Origin: a virus
Taxonomy: Duplodnaviria > Caudoviricetes
Direction: 5' to 3' (one strand)
IMG/VR virus record: IMGVR_UViG_3300046804_004556
Span: 1 to 56,823 of that record
Length of the DNA stretch: 56,823 nucleotides
Shown here piece after piece: positions 1 through 8,356 of the stretch. Under the pieces are notes generated by a model. The model worked only from the letters and a program-made list of their open reading frames with translations. It did not search any database and was not told the DNA's origin. The position numbers and the translations under genes are program-made. How positions within the stretch are numbered: the stretch's first letter is position 1; every line of letters begins with the position of its first letter.

Positions 1-152
1 AGTTCTATCTCTTGTAAGTGGAATGCCAGTTGTCGTTGCGGTAGTACAGTTAGTGTATATATTACGGTGTACTTGTTTCCCTTCTTTATCCACTTATTTG
101 GAGGTATTTCTTTTGGTCTGTTCTTATCGTTTATGCATGTACACTCTATCAT
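1..152 (-). CDS. Hypothetical protein, truncated at the window edge (MIECTCINDKNRPKEIPPNKW...)
   Basis: Manually read open frame from ATG at 152 running off position 1; not in the ORF track. Confidence 0.6.
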   Translation of the reverse strand, partial: MIECTCINDKNRPKEIPPNKWIKKGNKYTVIYTLTVLPQRQLAFHLQEIE

Positions 153-207
153 TGGTCTTGTCTGGATTATTATATTATACTTTTCTTATTCTTTTTATCT
201 CTATTGC

Positions 208-562
208 TTATTGTATTATCCTTCTGTCTTTGTCTATTATTGCTCTGGTTGGTATCTTAGCTTCATCAACTTTAAATTGTGCATATGAATGTTCATAGTA
301 ACCTGCATCATTAGTTTGAATTTTATCTACACCATATATTCTAACTCGCTCTAGTAAACTCAACTCCCTTTCTTCAATCTTCAATCCCCCACCGTCTACC
401 ATACTCTTCATCGGTTTTAACCATATCAATAAACTCGTCCTTGGTCATTCTTCTTGTTTCAATATTATATCCTTCATACTGAAATGTCTTCTCTGCATTA
501 TGGTTGCTATTCCAATACAACTCATACGCCTTATCAATCATCTGTTGTTGTTCTTTATTCAT
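208..562 (-). pseudogene. Hypothetical phage protein split by a 1-nt frameshift in a G5 run
   Basis: ORF from ATG 562 (MNKEQQQ...EYGRRWG) stops early; removing one base from the run at 386-390 joins it to the 208..429 frame (…WGLKIEERELSLLER…). Confidence 0.55.
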
Positions 563-771
563 AACTTTTCTATTTCTTGTTTTACTAGATCCCAATGGGT
601 TGGTTTGGCCGGTCCCTTTACGGTACACAGCTGTAGATACTGTCTCTTCAACATGCGTGCTGCGGCTGTGGCGCACTGCTTGGTGTTGTGCTTTATGTCT
701 TCTGTTGTGTTGCCTCCTGCGTAGGGAAGAAACGTCTGGAATAGTTCTTCTGCTTCTTCTTTTGGTGTCAT
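559..771 (-). CDS. Small hypothetical protein (MTPKEEAEEL...WDLVKQEIEKL), paralog 1
   Basis: Likely start ATG 771 overlaps the stop of the upstream gene (ATGA); C-terminus shared with 768..1073. Confidence 0.7.
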   Translation of the reverse strand: MTPKEEAEELFQTFLPYAGGNTTEDIKHNTKQCATAAARMLKRQYLQLCTVKGPAKPTHWDLVKQEIEKL

Positions 772-1073
772 AGCTTTTCTATTTCTTGTTTTACTTCTCT
801 CCAATGTTGGATTAGATCTAACAGTACGCTTCCTCTCACGTCCAAATCTCTTATGTCCATGTTTAGCGTATTGATTATCTCGTTTGTTGTCATTATGGCA
901 CACTTCTTTCCTTCGTCCCATCTGTCGTGGATGTTGTTGATGCCCGTAAAACCTCCGTTGTTCGGCAACGAGAGATAGAACTTGTGCAGCAGCTCCCTCG
1001 CCTTTTGCTTGGCAGGGTTTGCTTCCTGTGTTTTATTGTTGGCTGCAAGCCATTCCTCTTCTGTTAGTTTCAT
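768..1073 (-). CDS. Small hypothetical protein (…KQKARELL…WREVKQEIEKL), paralog 2
   Basis: ORF track; ATGA overlaps on both sides; 22-bp identity with the neighbour (565-586 = 774-795). Confidence 0.7.
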   Translation of the reverse strand: MKLTEEEWLAANNKTQEANPAKQKARELLHKFYLSLPNNGGFTGINNIHDRWDEGKKCAIMTTNEIINTLNMDIRDLDVRGSVLLDLIQHWREVKQEIEKL

Positions 1074-1228
1074 TGTTCTGGTTTTAATTTGGCTATTTCT
1101 TCGTTTAGTCTCTTTACTTCCGCAATCACGTCGTCTCCGATCTCGATCTTGGCCATCGCGCTCAAGTCTACCACTTGGCTCATAAGCACGTCTATCAATT
1201 GTTGTTGTAGTTCTTCTGTCTGTGTCAT
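1070..1228 (-). CDS. 52-aa coiled-coil hypothetical protein (MTQTEELQQQLIDVL...)
   Basis: Manually read ORF that fills the gap and overlaps the next start by ATGA. Confidence 0.55.
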   Translation of the reverse strand: MTQTEELQQQLIDVLMSQVVDLSAMAKIEIGDDVIAEVKRLNEEIAKLKPEQ

Positions 1229-1245
1229 ATTATTCGTTTTCAATT

Positions 1246-2025
1246 TTATATTCTGTTGTAGTCGTCTTCTATCCTCACTATGTCGTCCTCTCCAAAGTAT
1301 GTGCCCGTCTGCACTTCTATGAATACCAATGGTTCCGATTGTAAGTTCTGCACTCTGTGTTTAGCTCTCAACGGCAAGTAACAACTCTCTCCCGCTTCCA
1401 CCACTTTGATGTCCTCTCCGATTGTAACGTGAGCCGTGCCCGCTATCACGATCCAATGTTCCGATCTTTTGTGATGGTACTGCAACGATAACCTGCCACC
1501 CGAATTAACTGTTATTCTTTTTACTTTGCAATTGTCTGCGTCTAAGAGAACTTCGTAGTGCCCCCACGGTCTAGTCTCTATCGTGTTGCTTGTTTTTGCT
1601 GTTCTATCAAAACTTGCATTCTCTGCAGGTTTTGGCACCGTCTTGAAGTGGTATTGGCAAGTATGCTTGCTGTGTGGTATGCGGCACTTGTTCAAATCGC
1701 AGATCAATCCCTGTCCCACTCCGACGGCGTGTAGCAGCATTTGACAGTTGGAACAGGTCGGCTCTTCCGCTTCCAACAGCTTCTCGATCTCTCTGTAGAG
1801 AGCGGCTATCTCCCATTTCTGTGCCTTTACGTGTTGGTTCTTGTACTGTTGGACACGGCGTAACTCGCTGTCGAGTTCGTCGGGGGCCGGGACGTTTTCT
1901 TTCGCGGGCTCGCTTTGAGTTTGCTCTTTGTACCATTCGATAGCGTGTAGGAATGCTTGTCTGTTGGATTCCATTAGGTATTTGCCTGCTTCGTGCTGTA
2001 TTGCTTCTTCTAGTGTTTGATTCAT
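1246..2025 (-). CDS. Fusion of UVR-like helical motif, Cys/His Zn motif and C-terminal type II mannose-6-phosphate isomerase-like cupin
   Basis: Cupin motifs RPWG.Y, VKRITV..G.RLSLQ.H..RSEHW and IEVQTG.Y.GEDDIVR.EDDY.R; N-terminal AQKWEIAALYREIEK and CxxC...C...C...HxC. Confidence 0.8.
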   Translation of the reverse strand: MNQTLEEAIQHEAGKYLMESNRQAFLHAIEWYKEQTQSEPAKENVPAPDELDSELRRVQQYKNQHVKAQKWEIAALYREIEKLLEAEEPTCSNCQMLLHAVGVGQGLICDLNKCRIPHSKHTCQYHFKTVPKPAENASFDRTAKTSNTIETRPWGHYEVLLDADNCKVKRITVNSGGRLSLQYHHKRSEHWIVIAGTAHVTIGEDIKVVEAGESCYLPLRAKHRVQNLQSEPLVFIEVQTGTYFGEDDIVRIEDDYNRI

Positions 2026-2029
2026 AACT

Positions 2030-2242
2030 TTACTTTTTTGGATCGTAGTTTACTGTTGCGAATCCCTCAGATGCTTTGATTTTGTTCTGTATCTCTTCTA
2101 CTGATTCTGTTACCGTTATTGTGAAGTGATTGAATAGGCACACAGCAGTTGTATCTGTTGGTAATGGATCAAGTGCTACTATCATCATAGGATTTACTGC
2201 TATCTCTCCGCCTGAATTTTTTGTTAGTGCTATAAACTTCAT
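2030..2242 (-). CDS. FlbD-like small beta protein
   Basis: Pattern MKFI.LT...G..I.VNP..I...... T.V......I.V.ES.EEI..KI resembles the FlbD family. Confidence 0.5.
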   Translation of the reverse strand: MKFIALTKNSGGEIAVNPMMIVALDPLPTDTTAVCLFNHFTITVTESVEEIQNKIKASEGFATVNYDPKK

Positions 2243-2257
2243 AACTATTGTTTTTGA

Positions 2258-2638
2258 TTATTCTGTTTCGTATTCGTACATTACACCTGTGTCGTAAAGT
2301 ATGGCGTATAACATATGTGTTGATACTTCTGGTTTAAACTTCTTCATCATGAAGTGACATTTCTCTCCATTACCGTTGACGCACTTCCAAGTAAATGTTA
2401 CGTGGTCATCGTATGTTGTTTTCTCGTAATCGTCGTAAGTCTTAAATTTGTATGTGCCAATTGTGATATCCCAATCTTTCATGATTACAAAAAAATCCGT
2501 TGGGTAACTAGACGATACTGTCTTCCATTCTGTTCCAGTCCATTCTACTTTGGACGCTCTAATTACTTTGTTGAAGTCTTGAGAATAGCTGAATAGAGTT
2601 GTGAGTAGACTAACTACTATGAGAGATAACTTTTTCAT
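2258..2638 (-). CDS. Exported protein with Bacteroidota-type signal peptide
   Basis: MKK, hydrophobic stretch, then SYS/Q cleavage (mature N-terminal Gln). Confidence 0.6.
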   Translation of the reverse strand: MKKLSLIVVSLLTTLFSYSQDFNKVIRASKVEWTGTEWKTVSSSYPTDFFVIMKDWDITIGTYKFKTYDDYEKTTYDDHVTFTWKCVNGNGEKCHFMMKKFKPEVSTHMLYAILYDTGVMYEYETE

Positions 2639-2648
2639 GTTTTAATTA

Positions 2649-2843
2649 TTATTTTTTAATATCGAATGTTGCGTTGTGATGTATCTTTATCTGATCCGAT
2701 CTGTAGTGTCTGACTATTCCGCCTTCGCAGAGCACTACGCACCATATATCGTTTTCAAAAGATCCTCCGTTTGTTACGTATATGGCGTATCCATCTTTAG
2801 TACCTTCTACTGTTACCGGAATAGGATTCTTGAATTCTAACAT
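2649..2843 (-). CDS. Hypothetical protein
   Basis: ORF track, co-oriented and tightly packed. Confidence 0.55.
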   Translation of the reverse strand: MLEFKNPIPVTVEGTKDGYAIYVTNGGSFENDIWCVVLCEGGIVRHYRSDQIKIHHNATFDIKK

Positions 2844-2873
2844 GGTTTGTTTTTATCTGGTTCCTGTGTCCCA

Positions 2874-3128
2874 CTATGGCTGATGGATATCGAACCATTT
2901 GGCGTGTTTGGATTGGGTTTCTTTTATCGAATGATTGATACACTTGACTATGAAGTAGTGTCTGTTGGGTTCCTCGTCTCTACTGACAAACGCGTCGAGT
3001 ATTATGTTCGCGTAGTTTGGAAATTTGGTTGTAGCCACTGTTTTGGGATCTGATGTGTCGCCGCTATCGGGATCTATATCTATGTATTGAACGTCCCATT
3101 TGTAGTCCATTTTCTCTTCTCTTTGCAT
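2874..3128 (-). CDS. Hypothetical protein
   Basis: ORF track; AGTTATG start context. Confidence 0.55.
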   Translation of the reverse strand: MQREEKMDYKWDVQYIDIDPDSGDTSDPKTVATTKFPNYANIILDAFVSRDEEPNRHYFIVKCINHSIKETQSKHAKWFDIHQP

Positions 3129-3143
3129 AACTTATTATTTTGT

Positions 3144-3380
3144 TTACGATGTGAGTGTTACAGATGCACCAGGAAATTGAGTTATAGGTGCAGTAGTCGT
3201 AGTCCATTTATTTAATTCAGATCTCTGTGTTTGATTATCTGATTTTTCGTCCTCTTCGTAAAGATCTATCACTTTGATTATTTTCTTTAATAAAGCGGTA
3301 GTATCTGAATGCATTACTTGAGCTAACGGATCCGACATTACTGTGCTTTCGATTAGTTTCTTTAGCGTTTGTATTTTCAT
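3144..3380 (-). CDS. Hypothetical protein (MKIQTLKKL...)
   Basis: Internal ATG with A-rich leader inside ORF 3144..3434. Confidence 0.5.
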   Translation of the reverse strand: MKIQTLKKLIESTVMSDPLAQVMHSDTTALLKKIIKVIDLYEEDEKSDNQTQRSELNKWTTTTAPITQFPGASVTLTS

Positions 3381-3563
3381 AATCTTTATTTTGTTTGTGT
3401 ATTTCCTTTTGTGTGTTTGGGTTTGTAAGGACAATTTCTACATTTGTTACCGCAACACTTACCACGCTCTGTCAGATATACAGAGGTGAATACAAACTTA
3501 CCATCTTCTATCGTATAATGAATATTCTCTACTAACTTAGACACAGTTTTTATATTGCTCCTA

Positions 3564-3595
3564 CAAATTTAAGCGCTTTATAAAAGACGTACAAA
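3564..3595 (-). promoter_or_regulatory. Bacteroidota primary-sigma promoter (TTTG-N20-TAAATTTG)
   Basis: Minus strand reads TTTG (3595-3592), 20 nt, TAAATTTG (3571-3564); matches the -33 TTTG / -7 TAnnTTTG consensus. Confidence 0.6.
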
Positions 3596-3693
3596 GAAAA
3601 TACTGACATACATATTGAGAATACAATTATTCCGTACGACAGTATCAATTTAATTATTCTTATCGATTTTTTGATATTCATGTTCTTTGTGAC

Positions 3694-3900
3694 TTATTCT
3701 TTTTCTTTTTCGGCAGCTTCGATCTGTGGTTTATATATACCATGCACCATGGACATCCAAAGGGCACTACACGAGAAATAAGACAACACGGTTATAATGT
3801 CGATGTACTTACACATAAACTGAAAGGATAAATTTAGTGTAATCATACCAACAAAAGTGATAACGTTTCTCGTGTGTCTCACTTCGTTCATGAAATGCAA
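3694..3900 (-). CDS. Small membrane protein
   Basis: Two hydrophobic segments. Confidence 0.45.
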   Translation of the reverse strand: MHFMNEVRHTRNVITFVGMITLNLSFQFMCKYIDIITVLSYFSCSALWMSMVHGIYKPQIEAAEKEKE

Positions 3901-3902
3901 TT

Positions 3903-4121
3903 TTATAGAGACTTACGAATGTCTTCTACAGTCTTCTTTATACTTGTTGATAAAGCCTTTACATCGAATTTAGCATTCTTAGTGGCCTCAGCAACAGCTT
4001 TATCCATTGCCGCTTCTATGGTTGTAAGACTTTTCTCTATTACTTCCGAATTTGTCTTGATTGATGCATTCAATTCATCAAGACTACTCTTCATTGATTT
4101 TGTTATTTCTGTAAGTTTCAT
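3903..4121 (-). CDS. Coiled-coil hypothetical protein
   Basis: Heptad-like amphipathic sequence. Confidence 0.5.
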   Translation of the reverse strand: MKLTEITKSMKSSLDELNASIKTNSEVIEKSLTTIEAAMDKAVAEATKNAKFDVKALSTSIKKTVEDIRKSL

Positions 4122-4154
4122 GTTTTTTTATTAATACATATGTGAGATATTCGA

Positions 4155-4571
4155 TCAGATCTTGCTCAATTGAAAATGCATGCCGTCTTTTCTAGTCCAT
4201 GTACCACCCCATTCAAAACCAGCATCTGTAAAACATTTGACGAAATCTGTTGAAAGAGTTGGAGTTTTTCCTAATTGATTCCATGCAGCATTAACATCTA
4301 TTGCTATACCCCAAGAATGAAGGGACATAGAAGACAAGCCACGTTTCTTTCTGATATTGAAACATCCGTCCCATGTTTTGAGTTCTGAGATCTTTCCTGT
4401 TTTTATCAGATTCTCTAATGCTTTCGAAAGAGGTTGAATAAGATCTCTATTACAATACAATTTTTTGGGAATTGCTCCCACTTCTAAATAACCTGGTATA
4501 TCCCAAACCGTCATATTGGTTTCTTTTGTGGGATCACCATATTTTTTTAGACACTGTGCTGATGTTACCAT
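4155..4571 (-). CDS. M15 family peptidase (L-Ala-D-Glu endopeptidase-like endolysin)
   Basis: R...S.HSWG.AID.N and WGG.W...D.MHFQ zinc-binding motifs. Confidence 0.85.
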   Translation of the reverse strand: MVTSAQCLKKYGDPTKETNMTVWDIPGYLEVGAIPKKLYCNRDLIQPLSKALENLIKTGKISELKTWDGCFNIRKKRGLSSMSLHSWGIAIDVNAAWNQLGKTPTLSTDFVKCFTDAGFEWGGTWTRKDGMHFQLSKI

Positions 4572-4708
4572 TTTCTTCTGTTTTTATTTGTTTTTGTTTA
4601 GGTGGTTCGTATCGAGATTTGATCCATTCTTCGAATGGAATTTCTGGCTCAAATGCTTTCACGAATCTTTCTTGTTTCCATTTTTCTATTATGATTTCCC
4701 AGTCCATG

Positions 4709-5002
4709 TTAATCTTGAGCATATTCTTTTGTATCGGGAAAACAACTCTTAAGCACAGCGACGTCTGCGTCCATAACATCCAACTCAGATTCGCCTATTG
4801 CTATAGTCTTTACTTCGTAACACACTTTCATTCCATCTTGTCCAAATATCTTAAGCCACATGTTGTGTTCAGGATGAGTTGTTAATTCTGCATCTCTCAA
4901 AGATATTCTGTATTCGTTATTGTCTTGTGTCTTAGTGTGGATCTGTTGACTGTATCTAACTATCCAACCATTTTCTGTTTTATGTAGTGTTCCGTCTTGC
5001 AT
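4709..5002 (-). CDS. Hypothetical protein
   Basis: ORF track; start overlaps the upstream stop. Confidence 0.55.
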   Translation of the reverse strand: MQDGTLHKTENGWIVRYSQQIHTKTQDNNEYRISLRDAELTTHPEHNMWLKIFGQDGMKVCYEVKTIAIGESELDVMDADVAVLKSCFPDTKEYAQD

Positions 5003-5271
5003 TAGTCTTCTGCTTTTTCGTATGTTTGTTCAAAAATTCCCGGTTTACATGGATAATATTCGCCTTTCACTCCTCTGATTATGTAATCTCTTTCTGTTGC
5101 TGACATCGTTCCTTCGAGGGTCGTTATGTATATTCTACCCAAGAATTTACCCGATCCATCCATTTGTTTCCACACATTCTTTTCAGACCAACTGCATATC
5201 ATATCAGCAGATTCGTTGCTACCATCGAACTGTATGGCTTCTATAACCACAGGTTTTTTTCTGTATTTCAT
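5002..5271 (-). CDS. Widespread phage hypothetical protein (KYRKKPVVIEA.Q...TLEG...GE.YPCKP.IF..TY family)
   Basis: Recognisable conserved motif string. Confidence 0.75.
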   Translation of the reverse strand: MKYRKKPVVIEAIQFDGSNESADMICSWSEKNVWKQMDGSGKFLGRIYITTLEGTMSATERDYIIRGVKGEYYPCKPGIFEQTYEKAED

Positions 5272-5272
5272 A

Positions 5273-5473
5273 TTATCCGTTTTGTAATCTTTCTAATAAA
5301 ACTTTTCTTAATGCATCAGGCATATCTAATCTCTGAAGTTGTTGCAAGATGTCAGTCTTCTCTTCTATTGTTAATTTGCCGTTCTGACTAACACTCGGTT
5401 TTTGTTGCTTGTTTGGATCGTCGAATCCTTGAATAGCTATTTTTTCTACTATCATTTCGTTATTGTTTTTCAT
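5273..5473 (-). CDS. Hypothetical protein
   Basis: ORF track. Confidence 0.5.
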   Translation of the reverse strand: MKNNNEMIVEKIAIQGFDDPNKQQKPSVSQNGKLTIEEKTDILQQLQRLDMPDALRKVLLERLQNG

Positions 5474-5732
5474 TTTCTGAATTTGTTTCTTGTGTATCTG
5501 AAATTAATTGCATCTCTTGTAAATCCATGTCTCTTTGTACCCAATCGGCGATGATACCTCCTTCGTCCTCTTCCCATACATCTTCGTCTCCATTCCATAC
5601 TAAAACAGATGTTTCGTTAGGCGACTCTGTTATAATTATACCAATTTCTTTTCCCGACTCATCTTCTATTTTGCACTGTCTGGTTTCTGACCATGTTATA
5701 ATCTCTGGTAAACTCTTTAATATAAAGTTCAT
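5460..5732 (-). CDS. Acidic hypothetical protein (MNFILKSLPE...)
   Basis: Likely start at ATG 5732, just after the upstream stop. Confidence 0.55.
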   Translation of the reverse strand: MNFILKSLPEIITWSETRQCKIEDESGKEIGIIITESPNETSVLVWNGDEDVWEEDEGGIIADWVQRDMDLQEMQLISDTQETNSENEKQ

Positions 5733-5733
5733 T

Positions 5734-5952
5734 TTATTTGTTTTTTGATTTTTTATTGTTATCGATAGATTCATTAACGGTCTCTACAACAGGTTCATTC
5801 GCTTGTTTACGAGAGTAGGTTTTCCATTCAGATTTGGATACGTATTGCCAGTATCCGTCTTTAACAGAGATTTCTGCTGAACTATCAGCCACTCTTTTGA
5901 TTTCTCCTACTGCAACGTGCTTGGTTGGTTTGATTGCTTTTATACACTTCAT
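5734..5952 (-). CDS. Basic hypothetical protein
   Basis: ORF track. Confidence 0.55.
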   Translation of the reverse strand: MKCIKAIKPTKHVAVGEIKRVADSSAEISVKDGYWQYVSKSEWKTYSRKQANEPVVETVNESIDNNKKSKNK

Positions 5953-5953
5953 A

Positions 5954-6253
5954 TTATTTCTTTTTAGCTGCTTTTGTTTTAGTTGTCATTGTTGATGTTG
6001 CAGGTTTTCTACCTCTTTTTGGTTTTTCTACAACTATTTTTGTCTCAATTACAGGTTGATTTTCTAAGTGAGACTTAGCATAATTCTGAAATTCTTCGTG
6101 TTGTGCTTCTGCTTCTGCTAATTTGGCCTTCCAATAATCTATTCTGTCTTGAGTCAATTGGGTTGTGGCTCTGCTTTTGGATCTCTGTACTCCAATGATC
6201 AGTGTTGTAATTGTTGCAACTATGATCGTAAGTAAAACTGCTGATAAAATCAT
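5954..6253 (-). CDS. Membrane-anchored protein with C-terminal AT-hook-like KPKRGRKP
   Basis: N-terminal TM helix, coiled coil and basic tail. Confidence 0.55.
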   Translation of the reverse strand: MILSAVLLTIIVATITTLIIGVQRSKSRATTQLTQDRIDYWKAKLAEAEAQHEEFQNYAKSHLENQPVIETKIVVEKPKRGRKPATSTMTTKTKAAKKK

Positions 6254-6305
6254 GAATTTTTGTTTTTTATGTGATGAATTTCTTTATTTCGCTAAAAAAA
6301 AATAA

Positions 6306-6536
6306 TTATTCTTCGTCTTCTTCTGGATACAATCTATTGATTTCTTCGTATAGATTTTTTACAGCTTCTTCGTCCAATTCTGTATTAAACAATCCTGATT
6401 CTTTTGCCTCTGCCCATTCAGATTCTGTTAATGGTTCAATCTCTTCTAAAATCTCTTTGTTCTCTTCATTTGCATTGTCAATGGCAATTTTCATAGCGTC
6501 TTTAAATGCAACTATGTAGTCTTGATAGTTTTCCAT
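6306..6536 (-). CDS. Highly acidic small protein
   Basis: Glu/Asp-rich 76 aa. Confidence 0.55.
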   Translation of the reverse strand: MENYQDYIVAFKDAMKIAIDNANEENKEILEEIEPLTESEWAEAKESGLFNTELDEEAVKNLYEEINRLYPEEDEE

Positions 6537-6540
6537 GAGT

Positions 6541-6735
6541 TTATTGTTTATTGTTTGATTGTAATTTTTCTGATATTATCAGGTTCATGTATGATGATAT
6601 CGCCCAAAATATAGTGCTGAGTGGCCACATAAAATCTTTTTTGGTTGCGACTGCTATAACCATGCCTAATAATCCCGTCATCATTCCAGCCCAATGGCAA
6701 ATGTGCATTATCCTATTATTTTTCATGCGTTTCAT
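6541..6735 (-). CDS. Small two-TM membrane protein
   Basis: Two hydrophobic segments. Confidence 0.5.
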   Translation of the reverse strand: MKRMKNNRIMHICHWAGMMTGLLGMVIAVATKKDFMWPLSTIFWAISSYMNLIISEKLQSNNKQ

Positions 6736-7686
6736 TTATACTAAATTAACTAATTCTTCTTTTTCTGAAAAGATTATTTTATTTGTGATCTTTTTTAAAT
6801 GAGGAAGAAGAGCAATCTCTTTGAGTTTGCACTCTGTCATTACATCAATATTTAATCCATAAGTTTCAGGTATATTATTTATCAAGTCGGAGTGTGCTCT
6901 TGCATTCTCTTTTGGATTATTTTCGTGTAGTCTTTTGCTTTCGCTGTAGTGAACTGCTTGCACAATACCATCAGGCCAAGTTGTTGCTGCAAGTTTGAGT
7001 GCTTCTTCTTCGGTCTGATTGCCTGGGTTCAGAGAGTGATGAAAGTAATCGAACGTGATGGGTATACCTATAAGTTCATGTACGTACATCAGATCTTCTA
7101 CAGTGTATTGTTTTAGTTTGTCATCGTTCTCTACAACCAATCGAGTTCTGACTGATTCTGATAAAAACCAGAATGCGTCGCAAAATCTCTGCATTGAGGC
7201 TTTCTTACCATTTGCGGTTGTGTTGACGTGTATGTTTATCTTGTTGTATGGACTCTTCTCTAATCCCATCCAGTCCATAATTTTGGCGTGCATCTCAAGA
7301 TCTTTTATTGAGTTCTCAACTACTGTATGGTTTGGAGATGCAATCACCGTGAAGGGTCCTGGGTGGAATGATAGTCTAATATCATTTGCTTTAGCATAAT
7401 CTCCAGCTTCTTTTAGAGCTGCGATAAGTTCATCCACTCTTGGTAGATTATCCAAATCGACAGCATTACCCCACGGAATAATACAAGAGGACATGCGAAA
7501 CATCTTGATACCGTTTTCGTTATTCCACCTCAATATCTTTATCATGTCTTGTGCATTCTTTATAGCCAATTCAGACACATAATCCACGCCTTTGGCTTTG
7601 AATGTTTTTAGCGTCATACCACGATTAGTGGTCGCAGATTTGCCCAACGTCATGTTGATGCAAGCATAACCGATTTTATTTATCAT
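6736..7686 (-). CDS. uvsE: UV damage endonuclease UvsE/UvdE
   Basis: IGYACIN, FRMSS, RLSFHPG.F..., ENDD, FD..HH, HYSES and HSD motifs; likely start MINKIGY at 7686. Confidence 0.9.
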   Translation of the reverse strand: MINKIGYACINMTLGKSATTNRGMTLKTFKAKGVDYVSELAIKNAQDMIKILRWNNENGIKMFRMSSCIIPWGNAVDLDNLPRVDELIAALKEAGDYAKANDIRLSFHPGPFTVIASPNHTVVENSIKDLEMHAKIMDWMGLEKSPYNKINIHVNTTANGKKASMQRFCDAFWFLSESVRTRLVVENDDKLKQYTVEDLMYVHELIGIPITFDYFHHSLNPGNQTEEEALKLAATTWPDGIVQAVHYSESKRLHENNPKENARAHSDLINNIPETYGLNIDVMTECKLKEIALLPHLKKITNKIIFSEKEELVNLV

Positions 7687-7696
7687 AACTGTTTTA

Positions 7697-8026
7697 TTAT
7701 AGCGTGATGTAATCAATGTTCTCGTATCCCATATAATCATTTAAGTATCCAATCATTATATTACACATAATTCCATCCTCGGTTTCGTATTGCCATATTT
7801 TGCACTTAGATCCTAACTCATCTTCCCAAGTGTCTTCTTGTAAGAATGTAAATTTTCTTGATTGGTTAGTCTTGTTGTTGACTATGTGAAACTCCTGTTT
7901 GCCGTTAGGAAAACACTCAATGGTGTTTGTATTATCTGGATAAAGCCACATAGCTTCTCCATAAAATGTTTTATCTGTAGCATTCCATTTGAATTGTCCG
8001 ATGTCGTATGTTATATATCTACTCAT
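7697..8026 (-). CDS. Hypothetical protein
   Basis: ORF track; ATGA overlap. Confidence 0.55.
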   Translation of the reverse strand: MSRYITYDIGQFKWNATDKTFYGEAMWLYPDNTNTIECFPNGKQEFHIVNNKTNQSRKFTFLQEDTWEDELGSKCKIWQYETEDGIMCNIMIGYLNDYMGYENIDYITL

Positions 8027-8286
8027 AGTTCTCTTTGTTTTTGTTCTTCAATAAATTTACTATATTTTACCCATCCGAAATACTTTCTTTCTTCAGGTGA
8101 ATCACTGGGAAAATAGAGTGTAATTTCTCCGTCTGTATCCTTTCCTATTGCTGTGAATCCAAATCCTTCGCATATATAGGATTGATAATAATCTGGATTT
8201 AGTTTTGATGCTATATGTTCGATGTCGAAATCGTGTGGCATTTCTGGATCGTTGAGATCACACCACTGTTTTGAAAAATCTGCCAT
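8023..8286 (-). CDS. Hypothetical protein (MADFSKQWC...ICEGFG)
   Basis: ORF track; preceded by a CGTATATTTA -7-like box at 8308-8317. Confidence 0.6.
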   Translation of the reverse strand: MADFSKQWCDLNDPEMPHDFDIEHIASKLNPDYYQSYICEGFGFTAIGKDTDGEITLYFPSDSPEERKYFGWVKYSKFIEEQKQREL

Positions 8287-8356
8287 ACATAAATTTTTGA
8301 TTTATACTAAATATACGACTATCATTTAATTAAAAAAAGATTATGTCTTACGTGAA

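Noticed and set aside
559-808. Template/variable repeat pair of a diversity-generating retroelement
   Set aside because: Only 22 bp identical, differences are not adenine-specific, and there is no reverse transcriptase in the window.
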